A DNA stretch of 63,632 nt, counting the filler, from Choristocarpus tenellus KU-1152 (lineage: Eukaryota > Protista > Phaeophyceae): the NCBI GenBank assembly GCA_964200185.2. It is 10 parts of 10 records of this genome, joined end to end, with 100 filler letters (N's around TTAATTAATTAA, not from the genome) between each part and the next. Parts side by side here need not be neighbours in the genome. Positions count along the whole stretch, not along the records: positions 1 to 16,657 come from CAXNAD020000798.1; positions 16,758 to 20,688 come from CAXNAD020017082.1; positions 20,789 to 24,952 come from CAXNAD020015892.1; positions 25,053 to 30,164 come from CAXNAD020011829.1; 6 more parts are not named here. One strand, written 5' to 3'. The position numbers and the translations under genes are program-made. The notes under the pieces are model-generated. The model saw nothing but the letters and a program-made list of their open reading frames with translations. It was not told the DNA's origin and did no database searches. Shown piece after piece: positions 13,408-25,597 of this stretch. Each line of letters starts with the position of its first letter. Position 1 is the stretch's first letter.

Positions 13408-15772
13408 ATGTCAGCTTCAGGGAGTCCACCATTTGATGAGCAGGCCAACGCCAACGGAGCAGCTGCGGGTCGCAGCCTTAACGGTGCAGCTGCAGCCGAC
13501 GGTGAAGAGGATTCAGTAGTGACCATATTCGATAAGATCGTGGCTGGAGATATTCCTGCCAACATTATCTACAACGATGAACTGTGCCTAGCGTTCCATG
13601 ACATCAACCCCCAGGTACGGGGTAGGGCATATTGCTATATCCGTTTTTTTTATGTAAATGAAGTATAGTACAGTGTGAAGTCCACAGTAGCTTGACCAAG
13701 TTTGACTGCAACTTTATTGTTGGTTGGGGGAATGCTTCCACTTGACTCTTCACTGCTTGTACTCTCCTGCAGTTTAGTTTGACTGGAAATTGGGTGTACC
13801 TTACATCAGATTGATTCTATATGTACGCTACTTTAACTATCAAGGAAGGCATGGGGTCTTACTCTCTTGGCCACACCACCTACTTGTAGATAGTCTTTTC
13901 CATAAACAAGAAGTCGACCAAGCCCATGGTGCTCAGGGCCTTGTACAACACCGGCCCAGGATATACTGCCATATACCCCAAAACGAACTCATCCCTTCCA
14001 TGTGCCCCCCACTACCCTACCTTGGGTGCCAAATGTATGCGCCCCATGCTGCCCTTGGAGGCAAGGCAAGACCCTACAATACTGCAAATGATGACTGTTG
14101 CTCACCTCAACAAGAGGGTAGGATCAGAGTTGAGAGTCCAATTGGTAGCGGCGGAGTGTACTGAATGTGTTCCCAGGGTGCTTGAATGATAAGGAATTGA
14201 AAGAGGGTGTCAAAATACGTGTATACGACACCATCACCGAGAAATTGGAAAAGCAAAAATCAATACTAAAACAAAGAAAAATATGTACAGTGCGGTGCAC
14301 AGTTTTAAAAATTGATTTGAGGTAGGTGGACATGAACAAGACCAGCACCCTTGCAACTCATCCCCTTCAACTCAGAGGATGAGGATATCCTCTGTGATCC
14401 ATCTCGTATAGTGTGGTATCGTACCCCAACAGGGAACAATTGAGGCCCATGACAAGCGCATTTTCTTGGCAAATGGTTTCCTCGCACCTTGTCTCAACCT
14501 TTAGGGTGTGTCTCGTGAGTTTATGCAGGGAGCTCGTCCCTTGATCAAGGACTGCAAGGTTAGGTAGTACATGTACTAGGCAGGATTCAGTGCATGCACC
14601 ACTCCTTAAATCTATTCACAAGGATCTCCTATGCTGTCTTGGTCAATCACTAAGTTGTTGTGCTGTTTCCTGCTCTGTGCTTTCATGATTGACACACAGA
14701 AGCTCATGGGTTGTCATGTTTTTCAACTTGAAGCCAAATGTCCCTCGGCTTTTGCCCTCCCCACTCGTGTCCAGATCCTTGCCACCTTGAAAGACCTCAA
14801 CGATTTCCTCTCCCTCAGACATCCCCCCATGATCCTCCAGCCTCTCTGCCTTTCGTGGCGGGGCTCTCTGGCTCAGTCACTTGAAGAGCTGAAGGCGTCC
14901 CTGGGGGACCACCGCTTTATCTGTTAGTTTAAAGTTGGCCTCTGTACACTTCTAGGGGCTACTTTCTCGCCATCCCCAGCGTTGGTGTTGACGATTGGTT
15001 GGTTGCAGTCCATTCCATTAGCGCTATTACTTTGCCCGTAGCCCTTTGAATTTTGCTCTAAAAAAGGTCTCTCAGTGCTGACATACGACCTCATCGTCCA
15101 CCCGTGGAGGTCACACTTGGACAATATTCCGTTAGAACCTGTATGCACTGGATGGTGCACTCGTTGCCGTCCGTGTTGATTGGTTCTGTCCATCTTTCCC
15201 GTATTGCAACTTCCACAGCCTGTCCTTTCAATGGGCTAAACTGGGTGTATTTTTTATTTTGGAGGCGTAGGTCGTGGGAACTGTTCCAGACCCTCTATTG
15301 TATTTGCCCTGCTGAAGCCGTTGGAGATGCGCAATAGGTGTGTGTTAGTCTTGTTGTAGTGCATCAAACCCGAATGTCCTGAACATCTCCCAGAAGGATT
15401 CATTCCCAATATGTCATCCAAGTTCGCAATTTCTTTTTTTTTCTTCTTATATCTACCCAAAGAGAGTATACCAAGTCTGTCGCTTCTAGGTCTCTCTCAA
15501 TAGCATACTCCAGTGAAGTCTTCATCTGACCCTTGAAAATGTTTCTCAGCGTAATTCCACTACAGTAGGGTGTTACAGTGTCCCTCTCCCCTCCCTCCGT
15601 CCCTACCCCAACTCTAAATTTGTGCCACTACCTCACCTGGCAGGCTCCAGTACACTTTTTGGTTATCCCCAAGGATCGGGACGGTCTGTCTCAATTGAGC
15701 AAGGCCACAGAGGGCAACAAGGCACTCCTGGGTCACCTCATGTTTGTTGCAGCCAAGGTGGCGGCGCTGCAG
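13408..15772 (+). CDS. HINT: Histidine triad nucleotide-binding protein (HINT/PKCI family), partial
   Basis: Exons 13408..13614 ([31 protein letters not shown]) and 15644..15772 ([33 protein letters not shown]), with GT-AG borders. The HxHxH exon is not found before the contig end. The true start may lie in an upstream exon (acceptor-like CTGCAG ending 13382). Confidence 0.92.
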
Positions 15773-16657
15773 GTACAGTCGTCGGGTGCACAACATTTGT
15801 TAACATTTGTTGAAGTCTACTCCATCTCGCACAGAGAGGTCTCTTCCCTCTCTCAGGTGCCGCCGTGTTGTCACCAGGCTTTATGCCCATGATTGTTCTT
15901 GGAGTGGCCTTTTTTGTCCCTTATCTACCCGTGGTGCATGTGGTACTGACCCCAGGAGTCGTGTGCCTCGACAGATCTGTTCCACTGCAGAGATATCCAT
16001 TACCCTTTTCTTGTCGGAACAATGTATGGTTGGGCCGACGTTACTCTCCCTAACATCGACGTTGTCTACCATCTATTTAAAATAAAAATAATAATATTAT
16101 GATGATATGATAGTGTGCCTCGGCTTTGAGAAGTGGTGATGAATTTATCTTTAAGAGTAAGAGCGACTTGGTGGCGATGTGTTAATCGAATCGTTGAACT
16201 CCGCTGTGTTTGTGTTGTTAGCAGATAACTATATTCCCCTTTCGATTCTTCACCCAGCGGCGGCAGCGGCGGCAGCAGCAGCAGGGTTTTGTCTCTGTTG
16301 ACCTGCTCACTTTACATGCGGTAGGCTAGGAACTGTTGCTTGTGTGTAGATAGATCCCACAAACAGTTGTGCTTCGCTGACGTTTTTTGACGTTTTTCAT
16401 GTAAGCAAGTAAGTCGGCTATATATGCGCTGCTGCTGCATGGAAGGAAATAGAGGGATTGATTGAATTTTTTTTTTTTATTGCTGAGGAATCGAAACACA
16501 GAGAAGTGGATTGGACGACTCATTGACTGTTTGCAATCATCGGGACGGTTGGTAAATCTGTTGGGAGTTGGTAGTGATAAGGCTGACGGTCTTCCATCGT
16601 AGAAAATCCCTCTCTGGAAAATATTTTTTTAATCCCTGCACGATAGGCCTCTTCCCC

Positions 16658-16757
16658 NNNNNNNNNNNNNNNNNNNNNNNNNNNNNNNNNNNNNNNNNNN
16701 NTTAATTAATTAANNNNNNNNNNNNNNNNNNNNNNNNNNNNNNNNNNNNNNNNNNNN
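16658..16757. other. Artificial contig-joining linker N44-TTAATTAATTAA-N44
   Basis: Identical 100-bp block repeated 9 times; the 12-mer gives stop codons in all six frames. Confidence 0.98.
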
Positions 16758-16913
16758 GGAAGTGTCAATATCTATGTTGCGGACACACCTTTCAATAACG
16801 TAAACATTTTACCTACTCCGAAACATTTTGGAGTAGAAAAAAGCCATAAAAAAGCCCATGGGAAGCCAAGCTCCAAATGGACAAAACTCATACCCTCTAA
16901 GATACTTTCACTC
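16758..16913 (-). mobile_element. MITE family A, truncated by contig edge
   Basis: Ends TACCCTCTAAGATACTTTCACTC; internal sequence matches family A. Confidence 0.9.
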
Positions 16914-17192
16914 ATATGAGATTATTGTGTTGAATTGAATCCATGTGATGTAGCAAATTAGATAGTACATCCGGATTATATATGGAATTTTTTTATTCAT
17001 TCTATTTCGCTACTTTGAAATAGATAGCGAAAACACAATAATAATAATAATAATAATAAACAATGAGAAGACATCCCACAAACGTCACTCTTCTAATTTC
17101 AACCATCCATTCTTTTCACGTTCAGCGAAAGGGGTCATGTGTGAGGCTTCACACCTTCTTATCTTCACTATACTGACAAATAGCATTACCTC
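16914..17192 (+). repeat. Dispersed repeat module X (inverted copy at ~23995..24265)
   Basis: GAGATTAT..GTACATCCGGATTAT and AGAAGACATCCCACAA match the reverse complement of 23995..24265. Confidence 0.65.
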
Positions 17193-17206
17193 CCAAGGTA
17201 AGTTGC

Positions 17207-18350
17207 ACACATTATGTCACATCCGCACCTTCCCTCACGTCAATTATTAATCAACCGCACACCGCCCGTGCACACTTGCAACCATCGCCCTTGATTTAGA
17301 ATGAGTCTGCCAATCGGTAAACTAACCCAAAAACCCAAGCTTTTGTTTCCTTTCACGTAACAATGTTGGCCGCATATCCATCGCTTGCTGCAGGAATAGA
17401 TATCACATGAACCATTTTCTCCACTCACAATAATTAGTCCCTGTTTGCAACTCGCAACACTCTGCACCCCCCCGCCCCTTGCTAACCCATATATTCCACC
17501 AAAGCAATAGATAATTTTCATAAAGCATGGCAATCCCTTTGATTTAATGTATAAAATAATTATTTTTTTTAGGTGATAAAGAAAAATTCTTCGTGTTTTT
17601 TTAGTCGTGTTTAGTGTTTTAGTGTTTTCTCGTTTTCTATTTAATGTATTTTGATAAATATTAAAATTCATAGATCTGTGGAAGTGTTAAGGGTGCCAAG
17701 TTCTCTGCTCAAGGGGGCAATCACAATCACCGGAATGAAACTCCTTCACCTCAGAGGGTGGACCGAGTTTCAAGGTCTTGGCTCTCATCTCATAACAGAT
17801 CAGTAAATCCAGAACAGAACAACCCTTTCAGAACACGACAGATGTTCCCGAATGACAGAGCAACGTCACAGCAAAGAAATGGGTTTGTCAGAATCGGAAT
17901 GGTTCTTCGTTCTGAGGATCCATTTTGGCTGTTTGGTCAAATCCGGATCTCATGGGTGTTAATGTTTCTTTGGACTGGTCGGTAAGGATGAGCTCAAATG
18001 ACGTGTTTGGCGCGCGCAATTGTATCTGACCGCGCGTCTTATACATAACGTGTGTGTCGGAGATCCCAAAAAAGGAACGTGTCCCTGACAGATCTACTTT
18101 TTTCTTTAAAGAACGTTCTATTAGTTTTTTAGTATCCCCTATCATAGATTTCGTCGACCCATTATGTCACATCCATGCCTTCCCTTCATGCCGACAACAC
18201 GAATCACAGTATGATCGCTCATACGCACACAGCTCTTAATCGACCGCACAAAGTCCGTGCGGTCTTGCAACCAGGACCCTCTATTTTTCAGAAGTCTGCC
18301 AATCGGCAAACTAACCAAAAATTCCAAGTTTTGGGTTTCATCACACATTG
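17207..18350 (+). repeat. Diverged direct repeats (17207..17375 and 18158..18350) flanking module Y
   Basis: Both contain CATTATGTCACATCC, TTAATC.ACCGCACA and AGTCTGCCAATCGG.AAACTAACC.AAAA. Confidence 0.75.
17677..18089 (+). repeat. Dispersed repeat module Y, copy 1
   Basis: Colinear with 24327..24741 (e.g. AAGGGGGCAATCA, TTTTGGCTGTTTGGTCAAATCCGGATCT, GTGTCGGAGATCCCAAAAAAGGAAC). Confidence 0.88.
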
Positions 18351-18549
18351 CCATCCGTCGTTAACCAAACACTCCTTACAGCGATAGGTATCACTTATCA
18401 CTACAAAGAAAATGCAATCACATCGAATCGGTCACAGCACAATGCCTCGGTGCCAACACTAACTCCACCATGTACCGCCCCTCCCCTTATAACGCACAAT
18501 CACCACAACACTTAGGATTGGACTGACAGGGACGGCAGACAGCACAGTA

Positions 18550-20450
18550 ACACGTATACAAAATTTCTATACATCGACACGTTCCGCACACAGGAGATAT
18601 ACCACCTTCCGGCTTACAAGATCGGCCGTGCGAGATGACACGACCCACATGTCCCAAACCTCAGTGGAATCAAGTCCATGCACAGGTTCTTCACTGGTCG
18701 GCTCACATCCGAAGGCTCCCATACATTGATATACACCGAACTGTCATGCTACTGCACCAACTGTTCCATCAACAACCTGGCCCAATGCAGGTGGCAACTC
18801 ACCCACGTGCCCCCGCTCAAGGAGATAGACCTCGGATTTTCCACGGAAGCAGGAACGGGTGATATGCGTCTGAGAAGCCAGCTGTCGAGTAAGAAGAGAC
18901 AGCTCGCCGAGGGGAACATATGCATTGTGCGGACGCAGCCATCGGAGTACAATGGTATAGAGTTCTTGCTGTTCACTGTCCACCGCAAGGACACGATTCA
19001 ATAGAATACCAGACACCACTCCAGCTACGGAGGGATGTTCAGTGCTGGAGATGAGGTCGTCTTTGTCACTGAAGACTTCGAGGTGCTGAGTGCTAGCTTC
19101 GTTGATGGAGTGTCAACTACTCACATGTCACGGACGGACAAGGTGAGTAACGCTTCTCTTATTGCTTCTAAGGGAACAATGTCCCACACGAATGATTCCA
19201 CCCTGTCCATATACAGATACAGATGTCACATATCCTCTTACATCCCCTATAACCAACATGGATTCCTCCCATAACGTCCAATCTTGACATCCAAATCAAT
19301 GGCATTTTCTTCTCCCAGTCTGCAACAGCCACTGACACCTTTTAACATAATATTTCACAACTTACGTAGGGCATATAAGCGCATCCCATTCGTTCATTCC
19401 GCTGCCTAAGTGTATCCTCTATCATACCAAAATTATCCGTTTCTTAAAATATCAACAGACACAACACCCCTGTAGAACCAAACCAGGCCATAACGCGCAA
19501 ACACATTCCGGTGTGGTCCGACACACCAACTCAACCCCCACAGTGAACATGTTTGTGGTGATGCAGGACGCACAACTGGGTCCCCGTGTCGTGCCCCTTC
19601 AGGCTGTCATCATCCCAGGATTCACAGACATCGAATACAACCACCTGGATAACACGTTCACGACCCTGCCCAGTCAATACCAGAGAGTTTCACCTCGGAA
19701 TCCAACCGTCAATCTCTCGGTGGGATAACTGCTCGCTTCTCTAAGCAACTCAGACTTGGGGACACATCCGACGCCAGGTTCGGTCGAGGAAACAGCTTCA
19801 TCCTACGCGCGCGTGGGGGGGGCACCATACAGGGGAAGGTCGGCGATGTTCACATAGATGGTTCAGGGGTGTACATTTACTCAGTGTCCTACCTCCCGGA
19901 CGATGGGGTCGTACATGACAGGGGACGAGATCGAGGAGGGTGTCAACCAACTTCGAGAGAAGAACAAGAGGGACAGTGACGAGGCTGCAGCCCTGTGTGT
20001 CAGACAACGCAGTCGATCGATTGCTGACCGCCGGTAGAAGCGTAGGGACATGGACAAGGATATATATAAGTATGTGTACTCCTTGAACGGACAATGAGTT
20101 ATGTGCCGGATATAGATGAGGGAGAAACACGCAATGCCAGAGCCAAGGGCAGGGGACTTTACTTCAGATGAGACGATCAGCAGATGCAAGGGACCTTGAC
20201 CAAGTACCAGCCCCACTACACGGTGAAAGTTGGAGAGGAGCGAGTCAGCTACCCCTACGAGGTCAAATGGGAGAATGGCAGCTTGCGAAATATGCAACTT
20301 CTCGTCCACGCCCCTACACGAGCCTGGTTCTGGACAAGTCCTGCACTGCCACCATACTGACGATAGACACGGCTTTGAGGAGCAACATAGGCCAATTTCT
20401 GATCGTGAGTCACCCTCTACTTCACCAGTCCGACACATGCCTTGACAGAT
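18550..20450 (+). pseudogene. Decayed DNA-transposon-like coding region (transposase C-terminus plus Tudor/PHD-like remnants)
   Basis: LSGIKSMHRF...IYTELSCYCTNC resembles the GxxxxH...LSCxCxxC tail of Sola-type transposases. Downstream: GKVGDVH..GVYIYSVSY...MTGDEIEE (Tudor-like) and ACEICN...VLHC (PHD-like). Stops and frameshifts present. Confidence 0.4.
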
Positions 20451-20688
20451 ATGTTATGATGGAGAGATCGGACGTTCTCTAAATCAACGGACTTGAGCAT
20501 ATTTGGTACATTGAACTTATTATCCTCCCGAAGAGTTTGTGTTCATGTGTCCTCACACGTATGTTTTTATTGGCCCGGTGGCAACCCAGGTTTCATCTCC
20601 ATTGCGGCATTCTGCCACTGTTGAAACCTGAATCGAATGCATCGTACATGTAGGTAAAATGCGTAGACTACTAGCGATGAGGAATCAT

Positions 20689-20788
20689 NNNNNNNNNNNN
20701 NNNNNNNNNNNNNNNNNNNNNNNNNNNNNNNNTTAATTAATTAANNNNNNNNNNNNNNNNNNNNNNNNNNNNNNNNNNNNNNNNNNNN
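20689..20788. other. Artificial contig linker
   Basis: Same 100-bp N/TTAATTAATTAA block. Confidence 0.98.
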
Positions 20789-20826
20789 CCAAATGAACAG
20801 CCGCCCCCTCCCAGATACTTTGAGCC
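20789..20826 (+). mobile_element. MITE family B right end at contig start
   Basis: AAATGAACAGCCGCCCCCTCCCAGATACTTTGAGCC. Confidence 0.8.
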
Positions 20827-21049
20827 TCGACTGAGCAGTCACTAAAGTGCGGTTGGCTGTGTATCCTGGCGGCATGTTAGTCTTTTGACAGAAGTGTAAC
20901 CTTACAGGGATCGAACCGACGAGATTATTAGCAGTATTGTTTGCTGAATCTTTACCAAAACCTGTAGCTACCAGAAAGTATTATGTGGGTGCGTTAGCCT
21001 TTTGGCACTACTGTACTTTGTTTAGTAACTGCCCCGCTGAGAAAACTAG

Positions 21050-22480
21050 TACCCGACTAGAGGGATAGCAACCTTGTCAAAACCTCACCAAGTCTATCAG
21101 CTTGCAAACTCCTGGATTATTAATAGCTTAGTGTTCAAATTCTTCCGTAGTTGACTGTTTTTTGGTAGGTCAGGACTTTACAAATAAAGATTCAACATAC
21201 TAAAATCTTGAATTGGGTGAAGTTATGCCCTGAAGCACAAGTTGACAGCGATGGTTTGTTGATTCAAATAAATAAAGTGCTCTGTGTAGAGGTTGGAGGC
21301 TTGTAGTAGCGAAGAGGTGATCTAATGCACTGAATGAAGCACTGATGAAATCCAGTTGTAAATTAGTTTTAGTTTGTGTACTCTCGAAGAGGCTTTGTTG
21401 ATCCTGTATGTACAGTGCACAACTAGTCGCTGCTGTAGTTAGGGTAACGATGCATACTTTGAATAGTCTTCTTGCTTTGGCATGAAGGTTGCAAATATAT
21501 TGACCCTGGACGTATATCATCTAGGTAGTGTACATCCATGTACACTTAAATGCAGAGTGAGGTCGAGGTCTCACAAAGAGACGACACCTTCAGACTATCA
21601 AACAAGATACCGAGTACTTATGTCCAGTAAAAAGTGAAAAATAATCGAGTTCAAGTCTGAGTCAACACGTATTGTGTGTCTCATGGGTGGTGACGTACTG
21701 AGTTTGTGTGGTGGATACAGACATCCAATCCATAGAACAAGAGAAACTATACCACACACACAGTTAAACAGTGAGGTACGATCATATATGTACAGTGCAC
21801 GTCCGTATACAGTAGGGGTGAACACTCACAGTACTCCAGAACGGAACAGTAATCGTCACAGGTAGATGATACTGAACTGTATTTATGTATTGCAGGGTTA
21901 GTAGCCTACGTCTCAACAGCATCAATAGTGAAACCCTCACAATCTACCTTCACGGTGTGGTGCATTGGAAAGATCAGGATCCTGTCCTTCCATAGGTGTA
22001 CTTCTCGTCCGTACAGTGTAGTCCTAGAGGTTGCACACTTACGGTGGAAGTTTGTGGCATTAACTAGTATGATGCTTACGTGGTGTGTGCCCATACAAGC
22101 ATATAATACAGTGTGGCAGTTTCATGTATGTTCATTATGTAATGTTTTTGTACAATACACAGTATGAATCGTATGATTCTGCCCGTGGCGTGGTTCACTC
22201 AGGCAAGGGTGGTGAAGAGAATCACCAGGCAAGGCGGACGAGAATGACCCAAGGCGAACCGCAACTGAGAGGACGAGGTTAAAGTTGGACAAGTGCAAGA
22301 CACCAAGGACTTGCAGAAAGTTGTGGAGACCTGAGAGAGTCTCATGAGAAGAGAATCATCACAAACGTCAAGAAGACGTGACAACAAAGAGAATATTTGA
22401 TATTTGACATCTCTGGTTGAAGAGATGTCCATTACTTGTGGGATTGGTCTCTTGAAAAGATTCCACGCCTCAATTAGTTA
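21050..22480 (-). pseudogene. Degenerate Gypsy-like RNase H-integrase relic
   Basis: LYGREVHLWKDR (cf. LYGR.F...TDH), TIDAVET (cf. ADALSR) and FLLDISTRYLV (integrase core), in the expected order; many stops. Confidence 0.5.
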
Positions 22481-22590
22481 AAAGATCCTCCACCGGAATC
22501 AAGGATTCCGGACAAGGAATTTCAATCGGTATAACGATATATGACGCATGTCAATAACGGTATAATAACAAACCTGCTTTCTACAATATA

Positions 22591-22971
22591 CTTAGCTAGG
22601 TTGGAGGCATAGGAGGGGAGTGGTGTGTAGCACAGCTGGTAGTAAAATAGTAAATTGAAAAATATCACGTTTACGACAACTGTTACTTTTTCAGGGGTTG
22701 TGGTATTGAACTGGCTTCTCATCGGTTTTTCCCCTAACACATCTGGAAAATGTCAGAGGGCATAATAGGAAATATTCTTTACATATTATTATGATCTGTG
22801 ATATTTTACAGATATGTCAGGGGAAAAGCCCATTCAATACCATAACAATAAGAACCCCTGTAAAAGTAACAGTTGCCGTAAATGTGAAATGTATCTCTCT
22901 ACAATCTATTTACTATTTGACTTACCAGCTATCCAACACTACTCCCCTGCTATGCCTCCAACCTAGCTCAG
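22591..22971. repeat. ~380-bp imperfect foldback palindrome (family D)
   Basis: CTTAGCTAGGTTGGAGGCATAG at the left end pairs with CTATGCCTCCAACCTAGCTCAG at the right; arms ~175 bp around an AT-rich ~20-bp centre. Confidence 0.85.
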
Positions 22972-22989
22972 CCCTACACCACAGGGTGA

Positions 22990-23930
22990 GGAGCTAGGGA
23001 ATCATCCCAAGAATCTGTCATGTCCCTCCTTCCCAATCTCCCTGGTGTCTCCACCTTAAAACGCATGACACGCCTTGATAGAGTCACTTGTAATGTGACA
23101 GACACTATCTGTCGTAAACGGGATTTGACAGCTCCTCTCCTGCTGTATCCTCACGTCCCTCTTCCCTTTACTGCGTGTGTAGCCAACTCGTCCAGAAACA
23201 TTTCTGCTTGCTTACCGAGGTGCCCAAAACATTCCACCGTGAAGGTGTTGAGGTTAAGACTATGAGGGTCAAAAGAACCGAGGGTTCGTAGTGGGTGCAC
23301 TTTCACGCCTCAGCTGCAGCAGCTACACCATTGCGGGTGGATGGGTGGGGCAGATAGGAGGCCAATTCCACTTCTGGAAACGTAACATCCAGGAGGAGGT
23401 TTTTGTTTTGGTAGAGAGCTGATCCGGCGTCCGCAAGTGTCCCAACATGGAAGCCCGCATCCATGTGGAAATTAATCGCGTCTGGAAAGAGTCGAATCGG
23501 ATCCTGTTCAGGAGGTGGGTAATCTCATGTTGTGCCCTGCTTGTGATCCTGGCACCAGTAAGGGTTGTTGGTCCCCCCCAGGCTACCCAGCCTTGGCCAA
23601 TAATTCCCGCCAATTCTTCTGAAGAGTCTCCTGTCGAGAGGAGGGTGTGGATAGATGATCCCAGGGCCCTAACTGTGGGGCTCATACAAATGGCTTGAGA
23701 GAAAGACTCTCCATGAGGCCCTTTTTGCTTTGCTAAAAGGGTGGGTAGAGTGGCCACCAGTGATCCCTACAAAGGGTGCATGCTGGCGATGCTTCATAGA
23801 GGATAGCCCCAACCCCCTCGAACTTGTGGGCATTGGTGCCTGTACTTGTTGGTATATTTCCAGGCGAAGAGACCCATTTTCACACACCCCTTCAAAGAAG
23901 TCAGTGACTCCCTCTGAGTCCTTACGATAT
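22990..23930 (-). pseudogene. 3' fragment of an RLE-type (restriction-like endonuclease) non-LTR retrotransposon
   Basis: Across frameshifts the minus strand reads YQNKNLLLDVTFP...GVAAAAEA.K..HY...FTVECFGHLGKQAEMFLDELATH...GAVKSRLRQIVSVTLQVTLSRRVMRFK, the PD-(D/E)xK C-terminus of R2/CRE-like elements. Confidence 0.7.
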
Positions 23931-24326
23931 TGATTTGACTTTCCCCCTGACAATCAATGCGAAATGTGTCAGAGGGCAAAATTGTGGAGATTTAGACTGC
24001 TGGGTGTGTCAGTATGGAAGAAGAGAAGAAAGAGATGTGGGCCTGACACGATTCCCCATTCCTGAAATGATTACATAGTTGAAAAGAAGGTGATGTTGTG
24101 GGGTGTCTTCTTAGCATGTTTTTGCTTATTTTATTTTTTGTGCCTCAGACGTAATCAACGGTTATGCGAGAGAATTTTAACTGTAATACCAAAACCCATA
24201 CATAATCTGGATGTACTGTCATTAGTTACACCACGTGGACTTAATCCAATAACATAATCTCACATACACAAACCAGGGTACACCTTACGATTTCCCATAT
24301 TTTCACTATAACAATATATATGTTAT

Positions 24327-24741
24327 TGTGAAAGTGTCAAGGCGCCAAAGCTCTCTGCACAAGGGGGCAATCATAATCACTGGACTGAACTCTTCCACCT
24401 CAGAGGGCGAGACCGAGTTTCACAGGTCTTGGCCCGACATCTCAGATCAGTTGAGGAAATCCAGAACAGAACAAAAATCTGAAAACACAACAGATGTCCC
24501 AGAATGACAGAGCAACGTCACAGCAGAGAAATTGATCGGGCAGAATCGGAATGGATCTTCTTTCTGATAGTCCTTTTTGGCTGTTTGGTCAAATCCGGAT
24601 CTTATGGGTGTGGTTGGTTTTATGAACTGGTCGGCATGGGCGAGTTCCAATGAAGTGGTTGGCGCGCCCAAAGGTATATGGCCGCGCGCTTATCCACAAA
24701 TGTGTGTGTCGGAGATCCCAAAAAAGGAACCTATCCCTGAC
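24327..24741 (+). repeat. Dispersed repeat module Y, copy 2
   Basis: Colinear with 17677..18089. Confidence 0.88.
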
Positions 24742-24874
24742 TTACCCCCCCGCCAGTGTGGATTCTATCCGACACGAACAAAAAAGTGGTTGGCCAGTAC
24801 TTCATGTCGGACAGGTCCATCTTTGGGAGGAAAAAAATAAATATCCTGATTGAATCAACTCAGGGAAAAGAAAA

Positions 24875-24952
24875 GATTCAAAGTATCTGGGGGGGGGGGG
24901 GGGCGGCTGTTCATTTGGGATCAATATTTTCATGTCGTGGTTTTTTAGTGAT
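24875..24952 (-). mobile_element. MITE family B end at contig edge
   Basis: GATTCAAAGTATCT(G)nCGGCTGTTCATTTGGG. Confidence 0.8.
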
Positions 24953-25052
24953 NNNNNNNNNNNNNNNNNNNNNNNNNNNNNNNNNNNNNNNNNNNNTTAA
25001 TTAATTAANNNNNNNNNNNNNNNNNNNNNNNNNNNNNNNNNNNNNNNNNNNN
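24953..25052. other. Artificial contig linker
   Basis: Same 100-bp block. Confidence 0.98.
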
Positions 25053-25079
25053 GCAATACGGACACAAACACAAGCTCAC

Positions 25080-25597
25080 TTGACTACAGATGGTGTGTTG
25101 GCACTTTCAATCACTGCACCACTGCAACACCAACCATCACAACCACCACAGCCCACCTCTGGGTTGTTGGCGGTTACTGCGCACTTTCTCTTGCTTTGAG
25201 GCGAATGATGCTTCTTCCTTTTTGTAGGCAAGAGGGACAGTGGTACCAAGTCATCACAAATCCTTCTGCTGTCACTCTTGTCCTCAGCTCCGGCCTTTCC
25301 CGGCATTGACAGAGAGTTTGTTGTCTGGTTGAGAGCAAGAGCTGGCGAGCCAGAGGTGTGTATCAGGGGCTGGCCAGCAGAGTGTGCCTGGGCAGTTGGT
25401 ACCTGGTCCATTGTGCTGAAAGGAACAGCTCCGATCTTGTCGATCACACCAATGCCAGTTTCCAGCTTTGTCTTAGCTTTGGGACCAGAGGTTCTGGTGG
25501 CTGTCCCAGGAAGTATTTCTTCAGCATGGTTATCCATGAAAATGGCCCAGTTGTGACACCCTCGCCGAGCACACGGTTCTGTGCTGTTGCTGTGTGA
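25080..25597 (-). CDS. Isolated low-complexity internal exon, unknown protein (basic NLS-like TKRKKH..KRK)
   Basis: Open frame bounded by a TAG acceptor and a GTGAGC donor; GC-richer than its flanks. Confidence 0.45.

Noticed and set aside
16702-16713. TTAATTAATTAA palindrome recurring nine times
   Set aside because: Always centred in exactly 44+44 Ns; a synthetic six-frame-stop spacer, not biology.
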